Notes under the pieces: generated by a model
What the model was told of the DNA's origin: nothing
Seen by the model: only the letters and a program-made list of their open reading frames with translations
Databases searched by the model: none
Program-made: the position numbers and the translations under genes
From: an uncultured delta proteobacterium
Lineage (GTDB): Bacteria; Myxococcota; Kuafuiibacteriia; Kuafuiibacteriales; Kuafuiibacteriaceae
Direction of reading: 5' to 3'
Length of the DNA stretch: 64,000 nucleotides
Assembly (NCBI GenBank): GCA_963803435.1
Contig: CAWDML010000008.1
Location: 160,001-224,000, forward strand
Shown here: piece by piece, positions 1 through 10,045 of the stretch
Layout: each line of letters opens with the position of its first letter
How positions within the stretch are numbered: the stretch's first letter is position 1

Positions 1-1314
1 GCGGCGATCAGCGCAGGATCCGCGGCGATGGCGGCCTCGACGAGCCGCTTGGCCTCGAGCAGCCGCCCCGATGATTGCGCCGCTCGGCCCATCTCCAGGA
101 GCGAGGGCGCGTGCTTCGGATCCGAGACGAGCGCCGCCTCGAGCTGCTCGCGCGCCAGCGCGGGATCGCGGGACTGAACGCGATGGGCGAAGAAGAAGCG
201 GAGGTTCGGGTCGGAGGGGGCGAGCCGCACGGCCGCCTCCAGATCCTGCTCGGGGGGCGTGGGCAGCTTGCGCCGGTCGAACAGCCCGAGGATGGCCGCC
301 AGGTCGGCGCGGAGCGCGAGCGCCTCCGCGCGTGCCTCCCCTCGGGACCTCTCCACCAGCCGATCGAGGTCCGCCGATACCGTGGCGACGGTGTGCTTCG
401 GCTCCGGCGGCAGGTGTGTACCCCAGCCGGCATAGAGCGTCTCGATCGCCTTCTCGTCGGCGCTCACGCGGACGCCGGAGAGCGCCGAGCCGTCTGGTGC
501 GGTCAATCGCAGGAGGAGTCGGCCCGACGACTCCGTCCACGACGACTTCACCATCAGCAGGCTCTTGCCCCGCGGGAACACCGCGGCAATGGCGTCCTGA
601 TCGAGGGCCGCGAAGCGACGGCTGTCGATCGAGGCGAGCTCGCGCCCGTCGAGGAACACGCGGAGCTGGTCGACCGAGCCGGTCCGGACGGCGGCCTTGG
701 TGTCGCGGTCCGCGTCGACCACCACCGCCACGTACGCCGAGGCCTCCGACGAGGGCGAGACCAGGTGCGAGAGCTCGAGCACCCCGTGGGGCGCCACGCC
801 CTCGACGCGATGCCAGCGGACCGAGCGGGTCTTGCCGGCGACCGGATCCGCGAAGCGGCCGCCCTCTTCGGGCGGACCGCGGGCGCCGTGTCCCTGTCCG
901 GCGGAGTTGTCGAACGGGCCGATCAGCTCGACCTCGGTGATGAGCCCGAGCTCCGCGAACAGGGACGCCGCTCGATCGACGTCGCCCGCCTTGAACGCCA
1001 GCTGCGCCGCAAGGTGGGTTGCGTGCGCGCGCGCCAGCGGCGGTGTGGACTTCGCGGATCGCACGTGCAGCACGGCGCGCTCCACCCGCTCCGACCGCTC
1101 CAGCAAGCGGTCCCAGTTCCAGAGCCGATACAGGCGTCCGAGCGTCCGCGGATCTCCGTGCTCCGCTGCGTGCTCGACGTCGGAGGCGAGGCCCTCGAAT
1201 CATCCGCGCAGCCCCCGGCCACGCGCGCGACGCGGGTGCGGGCGCCGGCGCGGGAAGCGGCGGAGACGTAGGCGCAAGTTGGCTTGCAAAGAGCAGGGGA
1301 AGAAGGAGGGTCAT
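1..1314 (-). CDS. Secreted TPR-repeat protein, 5' part (runs off left edge); apparent frameshift near 1200
   Basis: The minus frame antisense to the 75..1271 shadow ORF reads ...LGLITEVELIGPFDNSAGQGH...AREQLEAALVSDPKHAPSLLEMGR (TPR-like helices). A signal-peptide-like start (MTLLLPLLFASQLA) at 1314 is in a different frame. Confidence 0.6.
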   Translation of the reverse strand, partial: MTLLLPLLFASQLAPTSPPLPAPAPAPASRAWPGAARMIRGPRLRRRARSGARRSADARTPVSALELGPLAGAVGAGGARRAARAIREVHTAAGARARNPPCGAAGVQGGRRRSSGVPVRGARAHHRGRADRPVRQLRRTGTRRPRSARRGRPLRGSGRRQDPLGPLASRRGRGAPRGARALAPGLALVGGLGVRGGGGRRGPRHQGRRPDRLGRPAPRVPRRARARLDRQPSLRGPRSGRHCRGVPAGQEPADGEVVVDGVVGPTPPAIDRTRRLGALRRPRERRREGDRDALCRLGYTPAAGAEAHRRHGIGGPRSAGGEVPRGGTRGGARAPRRPGGHPRAVRPAQAAHAPRAGSGGGRAARPLRPEPPLLLRPSRSVPRSRAGARAARGGARLGSEARALAPGDGPSGAIIGAAARGQAARRGRHRRGSCADRR

Positions 1315-1410
1315 CGAGCGTAGGCCTACGGAACTCAAACAACTTTTCGGGATGCAGACAAGCTCGTCTTGCCCGGTGTACGGTGGTGTGCACTGTTGCG
1401 ATCGAACCCG

Positions 1411-2151
1411 ATGGACGGCGTCATGAACCGCGGCTGGCGGACCGGGCTCGGCGGCATGTTCGCCGGCGTCTATGCGGTGCTCTGGGGGTTGCAGCGAATC
1501 CTGCGCGATGGCGGCTTGAGGAAGCTCGCCGTCCTCCCCCTGGCCCTCACGCTCTTCCTTTACGCCGGCCTGGTGGCGGTGGTGCTCGTCTTCGCCGGCG
1601 ATCTGTTGGACGTCCTCTGGCAGCGACCCGAGTCCGGCTGGCTGATCGCGGTCTGGTGGGTGGTCCTGGTCGGCTCGATCATCGCGACGCTGGGCGTGCT
1701 GGTCCTCCTGTTCGCGACGATCGCCGAGGCCGCCGGCGGCCCCTTCTACGACAAGATGGCGATGAGGGTCCTCGAGGCCCACGCGATCGAGACCCGGGAG
1801 CCCGGCCTCATCGAGGGCACCCTCCCGGATCTGCTCCGATCGCTGCTGTTCCTCCTGCCCGCCGTCTTCTGCTGGCTGCTCGGTCTGGTCCCGGTCATCG
1901 GGATACCCTTCGTGGCTCTGGGCGCTGTGATCGCGTGGATCGGGTTCGCCTCGGCTGCGATCAATCCGGCGCTGATCGTCACCGGCCACCCGCTCGGTAG
2001 CCGCATGCGGTTCGTCTTTCGCTACTTCTTCTCGATGCTCGGGATCGGCGCTGTGGTCTCGCTGTCCATGCTCGTCCCGTTCCTCGGCCTAGTCTCGATC
2101 CCCGCCAGCATCGTGGGCGCGACCGAGCTCTACGCAAACACCGAGCGCTGA
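1411..2151 (+). CDS. EI24/CysZ-like integral membrane protein
   Basis: Multiple TM helices; motifs 'AVLPLALTL', 'AGGPFYDKMA', 'LVPVIG', 'PASIVGAT' typical of the EI24 family. Confidence 0.75.
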   Translation: MDGVMNRGWRTGLGGMFAGVYAVLWGLQRILRDGGLRKLAVLPLALTLFLYAGLVAVVLVFAGDLLDVLWQRPESGWLIAVWWVVLVGSIIATLGVLVLLFATIAEAAGGPFYDKMAMRVLEAHAIETREPGLIEGTLPDLLRSLLFLLPAVFCWLLGLVPVIGIPFVALGAVIAWIGFASAAINPALIVTGHPLGSRMRFVFRYFFSMLGIGAVVSLSMLVPFLGLVSIPASIVGATELYANTER

Positions 2152-2199
2152 TTTCGCCCGCTTGCTAGGTCCAGCAATTGTTGCTTCAGTCCATCGAAG

Positions 2200-3552
2200 A
2201 TGTCGAAGCCGATGAGCGCCGGCAGCCGCCAGGACATCCTGGCGAGCCCCCTCGCTGAGACCTCCATCGACGAGCTCTCCCAGCTGTTCACCAGCAACGC
2301 CAAGCCCCCCTCGGAGTGGATGATCGGCCTCGAGCTCGAGCTCTTCACCTTCGACCGTAACCGGGGGCGCCCCGCCGACCACGGCGCGCTCCAGACGGTG
2401 ATCCAGACGCTCGCGAAGAAGCGACACATGACGAAGGAGCGCGAGCTCGGCGCTCTGGTTGGGCTCCGCGGACACGGCCAGCTCATCTCGCTCGAGCCCG
2501 GCGGCCAGCTCGAGTTTGCCACCAAGCCCCACGTGCGGCTCAAGGAGATGCGCGACGAGCTGCTGGGCTACATCTCCAACCTCCAGGAGATCGCGGGCTC
2601 CGGCATCGAGTTCTGGGCGCTCGGCTATCACCCCTTCGAGACGACCGACACGATCCCGAAGATGCCCAAGCCACGCTACGATTGTATGCGCGCCTACTTC
2701 CGCGAACGCGGCGGGCCCCGCGCGTCCGAGATGATGCACCTGACCTGCAGCGTGCAGTGCGCCGTCGACTTCTCCAACGAGCAGAACCTCGCCGACAAGG
2801 TCCGCACCGCGGCCCGCGCGTCTCCGTTCCTCTCGGCGCTGGTGGCCGCGTCCCCCTTCACCGCCGGCAAGCCGAACGGGTTCAAGAGCCTGCGCTATCA
2901 GGTCTGGCTGGAGACCGCCGAGGATCGCTGTGGCCTGTGGCCCGAGATGTTCGACGAGGAGGGCCTCTCGGTCCGGCGCTACCTCGAACGCGCGCTCCAC
3001 ACGCCCGCGATGCTCTTCGTGCGCAATGGCCAGTACGAGATCATGGAGCCCCGCCCCTACCTCGACATCGCGCGGGAAGGCTTCCACGGCTCCACGATCA
3101 CCGTCGCCGACTTCCTCGATCACCTCACTACGTTCTTCCCCGAGATCCGTCCCAAGGGCTACGTCGAGGTCCGCGGCGCCGACTGTCTGCCACCGCGGGA
3201 GGCGGTGGCGCTCGCGGGTGTCTGGCGCGGACTGCTCGACTACGAGGACTCGCGGCGGGCCATCGATGATCGGCTGGGCGCGCTCACCTTCCCCGAGATG
3301 CGCCACCTCCAGCGCGACGTCGCTCGCTTCGGCCTCGACGCCGTCAGCCCGATCGGCCCCGTCCGCGAGATCGCCCGGTGGCTCGTCGACACCGCACACC
3401 GGACGCTGGCGACCAGCACCCGCGACTGTGCCGAGTGCGTCGATCCGCTGGTCGAACGCGCCGCCGCTGGCCGCTCTCCGGCCGACGACATGCTCGAGCT
3501 GGCCGAGAAGGAGTCCGTCGAGGCCGCCATCGCCCGCTACGCGCGGGTCTGA
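2200..3552 (+). CDS. gshA: Glutamate--cysteine ligase (GCS2/plant-type)
   Basis: IGLELE, ISLEPGGQLE, MPKPRY, MM..TCSVQ..VDF, ASPF..GKPNG, HLTTFFPEIRPKGYVEVRGAD. Confidence 0.9.
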   Translation: MSKPMSAGSRQDILASPLAETSIDELSQLFTSNAKPPSEWMIGLELELFTFDRNRGRPADHGALQTVIQTLAKKRHMTKERELGALVGLRGHGQLISLEPGGQLEFATKPHVRLKEMRDELLGYISNLQEIAGSGIEFWALGYHPFETTDTIPKMPKPRYDCMRAYFRERGGPRASEMMHLTCSVQCAVDFSNEQNLADKVRTAARASPFLSALVAASPFTAGKPNGFKSLRYQVWLETAEDRCGLWPEMFDEEGLSVRRYLERALHTPAMLFVRNGQYEIMEPRPYLDIAREGFHGSTITVADFLDHLTTFFPEIRPKGYVEVRGADCLPPREAVALAGVWRGLLDYEDSRRAIDDRLGALTFPEMRHLQRDVARFGLDAVSPIGPVREIARWLVDTAHRTLATSTRDCAECVDPLVERAAAGRSPADDMLELAEKESVEAAIARYARV

Positions 3553-3559
3553 GCTCCGG

Positions 3560-4759
3560 TCAGGCGGCCTTGGCGTCGACGTTGTAGAACCGGCTGAGCG
3601 AAGGCACCTGTTTGGTGAGCTCGCTGAAGGCCCAGCCGACCATGTAGTCCTCGGTCGGCGCGCCGGCGAACTTGCGCGGCATCAGCAGGATGGGATCGCC
3701 GAACTGCTCGCCGACCTGGATGTGCTGGCCGCCGGCGACGGCGGTGCGGATCGCCTCGAGCGTGGTGCGGTAGGTGTCGTCGAGGTCGAGCTCGGGCGGG
3801 AGCTCGCGAAGCGCACCCAGGTACTTCTCGACCGAGGCGGCGGCGGCCTTCGTGAGGGCCGGCTTGTCGAGGCCCGGAGGATCGAGCTCGGCGATCGGCA
3901 GCGATTGGCCGCGTCCGAAGAGCGCCTCGAGGCGCTCGTAGAAGGCGCTCGCGAGGTCGTCGTCCGCGATCCCGGCGGCGCTGCCCCGTCCGAAGATCTT
4001 CTCGAAGTCGGCCTTGGTGGCCACGTCGGTGAATTTGACCTCGTTGTGGTAGCTGTCGAAGCCGCGGGGCTTGCCGGACTTCTTGTCGATCGCGGCAGGG
4101 TACCACTTCGACTCGTCGTCGCTGTCGCGGACCACGATCAGGATCTCTCTCCTGGGATCGAACGTGTGCAGGCGTTCGAGCTCGGCGGGACTGGCGTCGG
4201 TCTCGAACATCTTGAGGAGCCGCAGCGCGTCCTTGGCGTCGGTCACCAGACGCGCGTCGACGCCGGGGACACGATTGCCCCAGTCCGCGCCGTTGCCGGT
4301 GTCGAACGCAGGGAAGAAGACGTCGATCGCGTTGCCGCTGACGCCGATCGGCGCCGAGTGGTCGGCGACGAAGCGGGTGGCGCGACGCTCGACGGCCTCC
4401 ATCGAGAGGTTCTGCTGGCCTCGCGCGATCTCGGCGCGAAGCGAGACGACCCGGCCGCGCATCTGGCCGGCGGGGACCGACTCGGCCTCGGCGGGCGTGA
4501 GCCACTTCGGGCCCTTCCGATTGACGTCGCTCAGCGTGCGGGCGAGGTTCAGCGCGTAGACATCGACGACCGCGTTGGTGTCGATGACCGCGTCGGGGCC
4601 TTTGCCGGCGGCGACCTCGTCGAACGCGGCGCGCACGTCCTCGGAGAGCCTGACGGCGTCGTATGGTCGATAGCCGTCGCGCGGGCTCCGCTCGCGAAGC
4701 TCGTCGCGAACTTCGCCCAGCACGGCGCTACGAACGGATCTCTCGAGGGCTCGAATCAC
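3560..4759 (-). CDS. Hypothetical protein (no signal peptide)
   Basis: Coding-like composition; GTG start at 4759 preceded by GGAGG RBS; no recognised motif. Confidence 0.7.
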   Translation of the reverse strand: MIRALERSVRSAVLGEVRDELRERSPRDGYRPYDAVRLSEDVRAAFDEVAAGKGPDAVIDTNAVVDVYALNLARTLSDVNRKGPKWLTPAEAESVPAGQMRGRVVSLRAEIARGQQNLSMEAVERRATRFVADHSAPIGVSGNAIDVFFPAFDTGNGADWGNRVPGVDARLVTDAKDALRLLKMFETDASPAELERLHTFDPRREILIVVRDSDDESKWYPAAIDKKSGKPRGFDSYHNEVKFTDVATKADFEKIFGRGSAAGIADDDLASAFYERLEALFGRGQSLPIAELDPPGLDKPALTKAAAASVEKYLGALRELPPELDLDDTYRTTLEAIRTAVAGGQHIQVGEQFGDPILLMPRKFAGAPTEDYMVGWAFSELTKQVPSLSRFYNVDAKAA

Positions 4760-4842
4760 GGCGGCAGACCTCCACGCGTTTCGATTCTCGGCGGGTGTGG
4801 ACTCGTGTTGCCGATCTCTGCACCGGTCAGATATCCGACGGC

Positions 4843-7548
4843 ATGGCCCACTCCTCGCGGCTCCTCCTGGTGGGCATCGCCTGCTGTGCATCGGGCTCGA
4901 ACCCCAAGACGCTCGACGGCGATCCGCCGCCCCCTCCGCCGCAGAAGGCCGGTCCGGCTTCGACGACCACCGGCAACGGCGTCACCGGGAAGACGCCGCG
5001 GATGGTGGCGACGCACTACGACGAGTGTCCGGCAGGCGGGAGCCTCGAGGTGCCGATCGCGATCGAGGATCGGGCGAAGGTTGCCCGCGATCCGCCGCTC
5101 ACCGCGTTCGTGGTGCCGGTCGCGAAGCAAGCCAACCTGCGCTCGCTCGCCGGCATCGGGGTCATGGACGAGGCCGGCCGGCGCCTGCCCGCGCAGCTCG
5201 AGGTGCTCAGCCGTTGGGGCGGCGCGCCCGACGACTGTGAGCATCCGATCCGGTACGCCTACGCGCGCGTCTCTGCCGTTCCCGAGCCGGGGCACCGCGT
5301 GGAGTGGAAGGTGGCGACCGGCACCGACGCGGGCGAGATGTCGCCGCTGACGCTCGAGACCTCCAAGTCGGCGTGGATCATCGACACCGGCGTGGCCCGC
5401 TTCACGGTGCGGCGCGACCGGTTCGAGGGCCTCTCCAAGGTTGAGCTGCCCAAGGACGGGGGCGGCTATGATCTGGTGAGCCAGCTCCGCCGGGAGAGCG
5501 GCCAGAGCAGCTTCTTCATCGATCACGACGGCGCGCTCCACCGGATCAGCGAGGCAGAGATCTGGAAGCTCGAGCTGGAGCGCAGCGGGCCCCAGGTCGT
5601 GACGGTGGTGGCGCGCGGCTACTATCCGGGTGTCGCCAAGAACCGGCGCGGGAAGGGTCCGAACGCCACCCGGGGGCTCGGCATCACCGTGCGGCTCCAC
5701 TTCTACGCGCGGTCGTCGATCGTGCGCGTCGAGCAGACTTACTATTACGGCGCCGTCGCTGACTGGAGCGCCACCGGCCTCACGAACACGACGGTGGTCC
5801 AGCGCGCCTGGATGACGGTGCCGCTGGTGGAGCCGGCCGAGAAGGTCTACGCGCGGGCCGACGAGAAGATCTACACGCGCGATCCCAAGGAGGTCATTCA
5901 GGTCGAGCAGAAGAAGCGGACGCCCGACCAGCAGGCGCTGGCGTACGCGATCTCGTCGGGCGACGACGACCTCGAGACGGGCGAGTCGGCCCGCCACCCG
6001 TTCCTGGCCGTCACCAGCAAGCGGTTCTATGCGATGGCGACGATCGCACGGATGGCCGTGCGCGAGCCGCAGGGCTTCACGTGGAGCAATCAGCTCAACG
6101 CGCTCGACGTCGACTTCACCAGCGCGCCCATCCAGGTGGGCGCGGCGCGCGGGATCTGGAGCGTGGCCGCTCTCGACTTCGGGCGCGGCACGCCCAGCGA
6201 GTCGCGCGCCGCCGCGCTTCAGCTCTTCGCGGAGCGCCCGCTCCTCGGCGCGCCCACGCCGGCCTACCTCAACACCACGCAGACGCTCGGGCCCTATGCG
6301 ACGCAGTCGAGCGGAGCGGCCGGCGTGTACGAGGCGCTGGTGAGGAAGCTCCACGCGAACACGATCGAGTATCTGAAGAAGGTGCGGATCTCCGGTCTCC
6401 AGATCTGGCCCGATCTCCCCTCGGGCTCCTGCGATCTGGAGTACGACTGCCCTTCCTGGGCCGACCGTTACTACGGCGGCGGCGACAACAACTACTGGAA
6501 CTGGTCCAAGCCTGGCATCGACGAGTTCTTCCGGACGGCGGACGACGATCTCATCTACGACTTCTCCCTCGGCGAAGCGATGACCTATGTCGAGACACTG
6601 GCGGTTCGACCGGACCACCACTGGCTGGGCGACTCGTCGGTGGCCGGGCTGGCACCCTGCTACGGGGACGCTACCGGCTATGACAGCCGCTACGTCGAGG
6701 GGACGAACAACCGCCGCGATCGATGTCCCGCCGACTACGCGTACGACAAGACCCTTGAAGTCGCGTTCCTCGCCACCGGCGACTTCCGCTTCATCGATTT
6801 CTTCGAAGAGGCCGGCGCTGCGGTGGTCAACACGTTCGGTGAGCCGCCGAAGATCCCTCAGCCGTATCTCGAGCTGAACCTGTCTCGGCTCTCCACGCAG
6901 CGCCTCGAGCTGCTCGCCGACGGCGCGGAGTTCGGCCGCGATCCCAAGGTGGGCGCGCTCCTCCGTGCCAAGCTGCGCGCGTATGTCGATCACATGGTCG
7001 GGCGGACGCTGGTCGACGGAAACGCCTGCGAGGTGGGCGGCACCGGACATCACGACGTGACGGAGACGGGGGAGTGCAACAGCGTGGTCGCCTGGATGAT
7101 GCCGGTCGGGACGGAGTGGGCCATCCGGACCTCGCAGATCCTCGATCACGAGCCCCTCTTCCGCTGGGTGCTGCGGTACGGCGTGGTCGCCGCCAAGAAC
7201 CACAGCGGCGCCGAGAACCCGGCCGCGGGCCGTGATTGGCGCGTCGGCTACACCTGCAGGATCTCGAAGAAGGGCGAGGCGGGGCCGTGCAAGCTCTGGA
7301 GCGAGGGCGAGAACGACGCGCGCTTCTATCCGAACGGGGCGCTCGCCTATCTCAACATCTTCGGTCTGGTGCTCGGGGCGGATCCGAGCGACCCCGACCA
7401 CATCTGCGACTGGCTGCCCGGCGTGTACCGGAGCCGGATCGGCGATCTGGGCTTCGGCGACATCAACGGCAACGTCTGGGGCAAGGGGTCAGGCCAGGCG
7501 CTCGCATTCTCTGCGGAGGCGGTGGCCGCGCTCCAGACGTGCAAGTGA
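4843..7548 (+). CDS. Large secreted/lipoprotein, possibly exo-rhamnogalacturonan lyase (PcRGLX/YetA)-like
   Basis: Signal/lipobox-like N-terminus; 'GRRLPAQLEVLSRW', 'WIIDTGVARFTV', 'TVRLHFYARSSIVRV' resemble the N-terminal domains of that family; Trp/Tyr/Asp-rich helical C-terminus. Confidence 0.55.
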   Translation: MAHSSRLLLVGIACCASGSNPKTLDGDPPPPPPQKAGPASTTTGNGVTGKTPRMVATHYDECPAGGSLEVPIAIEDRAKVARDPPLTAFVVPVAKQANLRSLAGIGVMDEAGRRLPAQLEVLSRWGGAPDDCEHPIRYAYARVSAVPEPGHRVEWKVATGTDAGEMSPLTLETSKSAWIIDTGVARFTVRRDRFEGLSKVELPKDGGGYDLVSQLRRESGQSSFFIDHDGALHRISEAEIWKLELERSGPQVVTVVARGYYPGVAKNRRGKGPNATRGLGITVRLHFYARSSIVRVEQTYYYGAVADWSATGLTNTTVVQRAWMTVPLVEPAEKVYARADEKIYTRDPKEVIQVEQKKRTPDQQALAYAISSGDDDLETGESARHPFLAVTSKRFYAMATIARMAVREPQGFTWSNQLNALDVDFTSAPIQVGAARGIWSVAALDFGRGTPSESRAAALQLFAERPLLGAPTPAYLNTTQTLGPYATQSSGAAGVYEALVRKLHANTIEYLKKVRISGLQIWPDLPSGSCDLEYDCPSWADRYYGGGDNNYWNWSKPGIDEFFRTADDDLIYDFSLGEAMTYVETLAVRPDHHWLGDSSVAGLAPCYGDATGYDSRYVEGTNNRRDRCPADYAYDKTLEVAFLATGDFRFIDFFEEAGAAVVNTFGEPPKIPQPYLELNLSRLSTQRLELLADGAEFGRDPKVGALLRAKLRAYVDHMVGRTLVDGNACEVGGTGHHDVTETGECNSVVAWMMPVGTEWAIRTSQILDHEPLFRWVLRYGVVAAKNHSGAENPAAGRDWRVGYTCRISKKGEAGPCKLWSEGENDARFYPNGALAYLNIFGLVLGADPSDPDHICDWLPGVYRSRIGDLGFGDINGNVWGKGSGQALAFSAEAVAALQTCK

Positions 7549-7578
7549 GGGGAACGCAACTTGAAGCACCGTGAGTCG

Positions 7579-8163
7579 ATGCTGAGCACGTACCGGGAGA
7601 AGCGCAACTTTGGTCGCACGCCGGAGCCGTCCGGGGATCGCGCCGCCGGGGAGGGCGAAGGCTGGAGCTTCGTGGTCCAGAAGCACGCCGCTCGGCGTCT
7701 CCACTACGACTTCCGTCTCGAGCTCGACGGCGTGCTCTTGAGCTGGGCGGTCCCTAAGGGGCCGAGCCTCGATCCCAAGCAGCGACGGCTGGCGATGCGG
7801 ACCGAGGACCATCCGCTCGACTACGCCGACTTCGAGGGCGTGATCCCCGAGGGCGAGTACGGCGGGGGTGCGGTCATCGTGTGGGATCGCGGGCGCTGGC
7901 GGCCCGAGGAGGATGCGGCGGAGGGCCTCGCGAAGGGACGCCTCAAGTTCGAGCTGATCGGCGAGAAGCTGCGCGGCTCGTGGCGGCTGATCCGGACCGC
8001 GAGCGGCAAGGACGGGCGCGAGCGCTGGCTGCTGTTCAAGGCGCGGGACGAGGCCGCCACCTCGGAGGTCGACCTGGTCGAGACCCGACCCGAGAGCGTG
8101 ATCAGCGGACGGACCCTCGAGGAGGTCGCGAGCGATCCGGGTCAGTACGGATTCTCGCGATAG
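7579..8163 (+). CDS. Stand-alone LigD 3'-phosphoesterase (PE) domain protein
   Basis: YREKRNFGRTPEP, FVVQKHAARRLHYDFRLE, SWAVPKGPS, EDHPLDYADFEGVIPEGEYGGGAVIVWDRG. Confidence 0.92.
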   Translation: MLSTYREKRNFGRTPEPSGDRAAGEGEGWSFVVQKHAARRLHYDFRLELDGVLLSWAVPKGPSLDPKQRRLAMRTEDHPLDYADFEGVIPEGEYGGGAVIVWDRGRWRPEEDAAEGLAKGRLKFELIGEKLRGSWRLIRTASGKDGRERWLLFKARDEAATSEVDLVETRPESVISGRTLEEVASDPGQYGFSR

Positions 8164-9467
8164 TTCGGCGGCAGGTCGCGATCGCCCGCGCGACCGCGAT
8201 GGCCTGCGCGCTTTCTGTGGTGCCGGGCCGCCTTCTTCAGCGGCTCTGGCGTGCGGCGTGCGGGCGGCATGGGGACGCCGGCGGATCCTGGCGGCTCGGG
8301 GGCGATCGGTTCCCGCCGCTTCAGCACGTACACCAGCGTCGTCAGCGCGATCATGAACCCGAGCGCGGCCAGCAGCAACGGGAGCGCTGCGGGCGCGCTG
8401 CGTCTCGGCTGCACTCTCCCCGTGGGCTCCGGCATCACCGCTCCCAGCGGAGTGGGCTCGTCGCCCATCGGCTCCCGGAAGGCGACCTCGCGCAGCGCCG
8501 GAGCCGCCGAGGACCCGGAGAGACTCTCACCGCTGATCAGCTTCTGGGCCTCCTTCAAGCGCTCGATGACCACGTCCATCGACGGGAAGCGATCCTCACG
8601 GCGCTTCTTCAGGCAGGTGTGGATGATGCTGGCGAGCTCGGGGGGACAATCGGCGTCAGGATTCAGCTCGCTGATCGCCGGGACCGGGACGTGGACGTGC
8701 TTGTAGATGACGTCGACGCCGGTCGCTCCGGTGAACGGCGCTTTCCCGGTGATCATCTGGTAGAGGATGATCCCGAAGCTATAGATGTCGGTACGTGGAT
8801 CGAGCGGCCAGCCCTGGATCTGCTCGGGCGACATGTACTTCGGCGAGCCGAGCAGCGTGCCGGTCCGGGTGAGCTCCCCCTCGCTGTTGGCACGCGGGTT
8901 CGGCCCCGACGCGTTGTCCCGGGCGTTCTCGGGGGTAAACAGCTTCACCAGCCCGAAGTCGAGGACCTTGATGTACCCGCCACCGTCCTCCGTCGCCTCC
9001 TCGAGCACGAAGATGTTCCCAGGCTTGAGGTCGCGGTGGATGATCCCCTTCTCGTGCGCGGCTCGGAGCGCGCGGCAGATCTGGATCGAGAGGTGGAGCG
9101 CATCTTCGGCGGTGAACGGGCCGTCCATGCGGATGATGTGCGAGAGCGGACGGCCGCGCAGGTACTCCATCGCGATGTACAGATCCCCGTCCTTCGACTC
9201 GCCGTAGTCGAAGACCGTGATCGTGTGCGGGTTGGAGAGCTGGGCGGCGATCGACGCCTCCAGGAAGAACCGCTTCACGAACTGCGGATCGCTCTGCTGG
9301 AACTCGCGGTTGAGGATCTTGATCGCGACCGGTCGTTCCAGCGGGAACTGGGTCGCCCGATAGACGCGGCCCATTCCGCCCTTCGCGATCAACTTGTCGA
9401 TGCGATACTTGGCGTCGAAGGTCTTCCCGATGTGCTCATCGAGCTTGCCTCCGTCCTCGAGATGCAC
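8142..9467 (-). CDS. Membrane-anchored Ser/Thr protein kinase (Pkn)
   Basis: GGMGRVY, VAIK, HRDLKPGN, DFG, GSPKYMSPE; C-terminal TM helix; GTG start with GAGG RBS. Confidence 0.92.
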   Translation of the reverse strand: MHLEDGGKLDEHIGKTFDAKYRIDKLIAKGGMGRVYRATQFPLERPVAIKILNREFQQSDPQFVKRFFLEASIAAQLSNPHTITVFDYGESKDGDLYIAMEYLRGRPLSHIIRMDGPFTAEDALHLSIQICRALRAAHEKGIIHRDLKPGNIFVLEEATEDGGGYIKVLDFGLVKLFTPENARDNASGPNPRANSEGELTRTGTLLGSPKYMSPEQIQGWPLDPRTDIYSFGIILYQMITGKAPFTGATGVDVIYKHVHVPVPAISELNPDADCPPELASIIHTCLKKRREDRFPSMDVVIERLKEAQKLISGESLSGSSAAPALREVAFREPMGDEPTPLGAVMPEPTGRVQPRRSAPAALPLLLAALGFMIALTTLVYVLKRREPIAPEPPGSAGVPMPPARRTPEPLKKAARHHRKRAGHRGRAGDRDLPPNYRENPY

Positions 9468-9487
9468 GTTGCTTCCTCGACGCGCCC

Positions 9488-10045
9488 TCAGAGGTCTTCC
9501 CACGTGAAGCTGCCGTCACGGAAGTAGATTCGCACCGCCTTGCCGCGGAGTGCGTCTTCGTCCACCAATCCGAAGTATCGGCCGTCGAAGCTCTCGTCGC
9601 GGTTGTCGCCGAGCACCAGGAACTTGTGAGGAGGGATGGTGATCGGGCCGAGGTCGCGGCCCCCATGGGCCAGCGGGAGGCGATCCTCCATGGCCAGCGG
9701 GTGGCCGTCGATGCGCACGCGGCCGTCCTTCACCTCGATCCGATCGCCGGGCAGACCCATCAGGCGTTTGACCAACGTCCGCCCGTCGGCGGGCGACTCG
9801 AGGATGACGACGTCGCCCCGGGACGGGTGCCCGAAGCGCACCGCATACACGGAGGTGAACGGGACGCGCAGACCGAACGCGAGCTTGTTGACCAGGATGC
9901 GATCACCGACCTCGATCGTCGGTCGCATCGACTCGCTCGGGACCCGGTAGTGATCCGCCAGCGACGCTCGCGCCGAGCTCACCACCAGGATCAGAATCAA
10001 AAGCGACGCGCCCTCTTTCAGGCGCTTTCGCATCTTCTCGCCCAT
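9488..10045 (-). CDS. lepB: Signal peptidase I
   Basis: VPSESMRPT (catalytic Ser), GDRILVNK, LVKRLMGLPGD (catalytic Lys), LGDNRDESFDGRYFG. Confidence 0.93.
   Translation of the reverse strand: MGEKMRKRLKEGASLLILILVVSSARASLADHYRVPSESMRPTIEVGDRILVNKLAFGLRVPFTSVYAVRFGHPSRGDVVILESPADGRTLVKRLMGLPGDRIEVKDGRVRIDGHPLAMEDRLPLAHGGRDLGPITIPPHKFLVLGDNRDESFDGRYFGLVDEDALRGKAVRIYFRDGSFTWEDL

Noticed and set aside
1411-3552. Sulfate-uptake to glutathione pathway link (CysZ-like gene next to gshA)
   Set aside because: The EI24 family is functionally broad and adjacency alone is not enough evidence.
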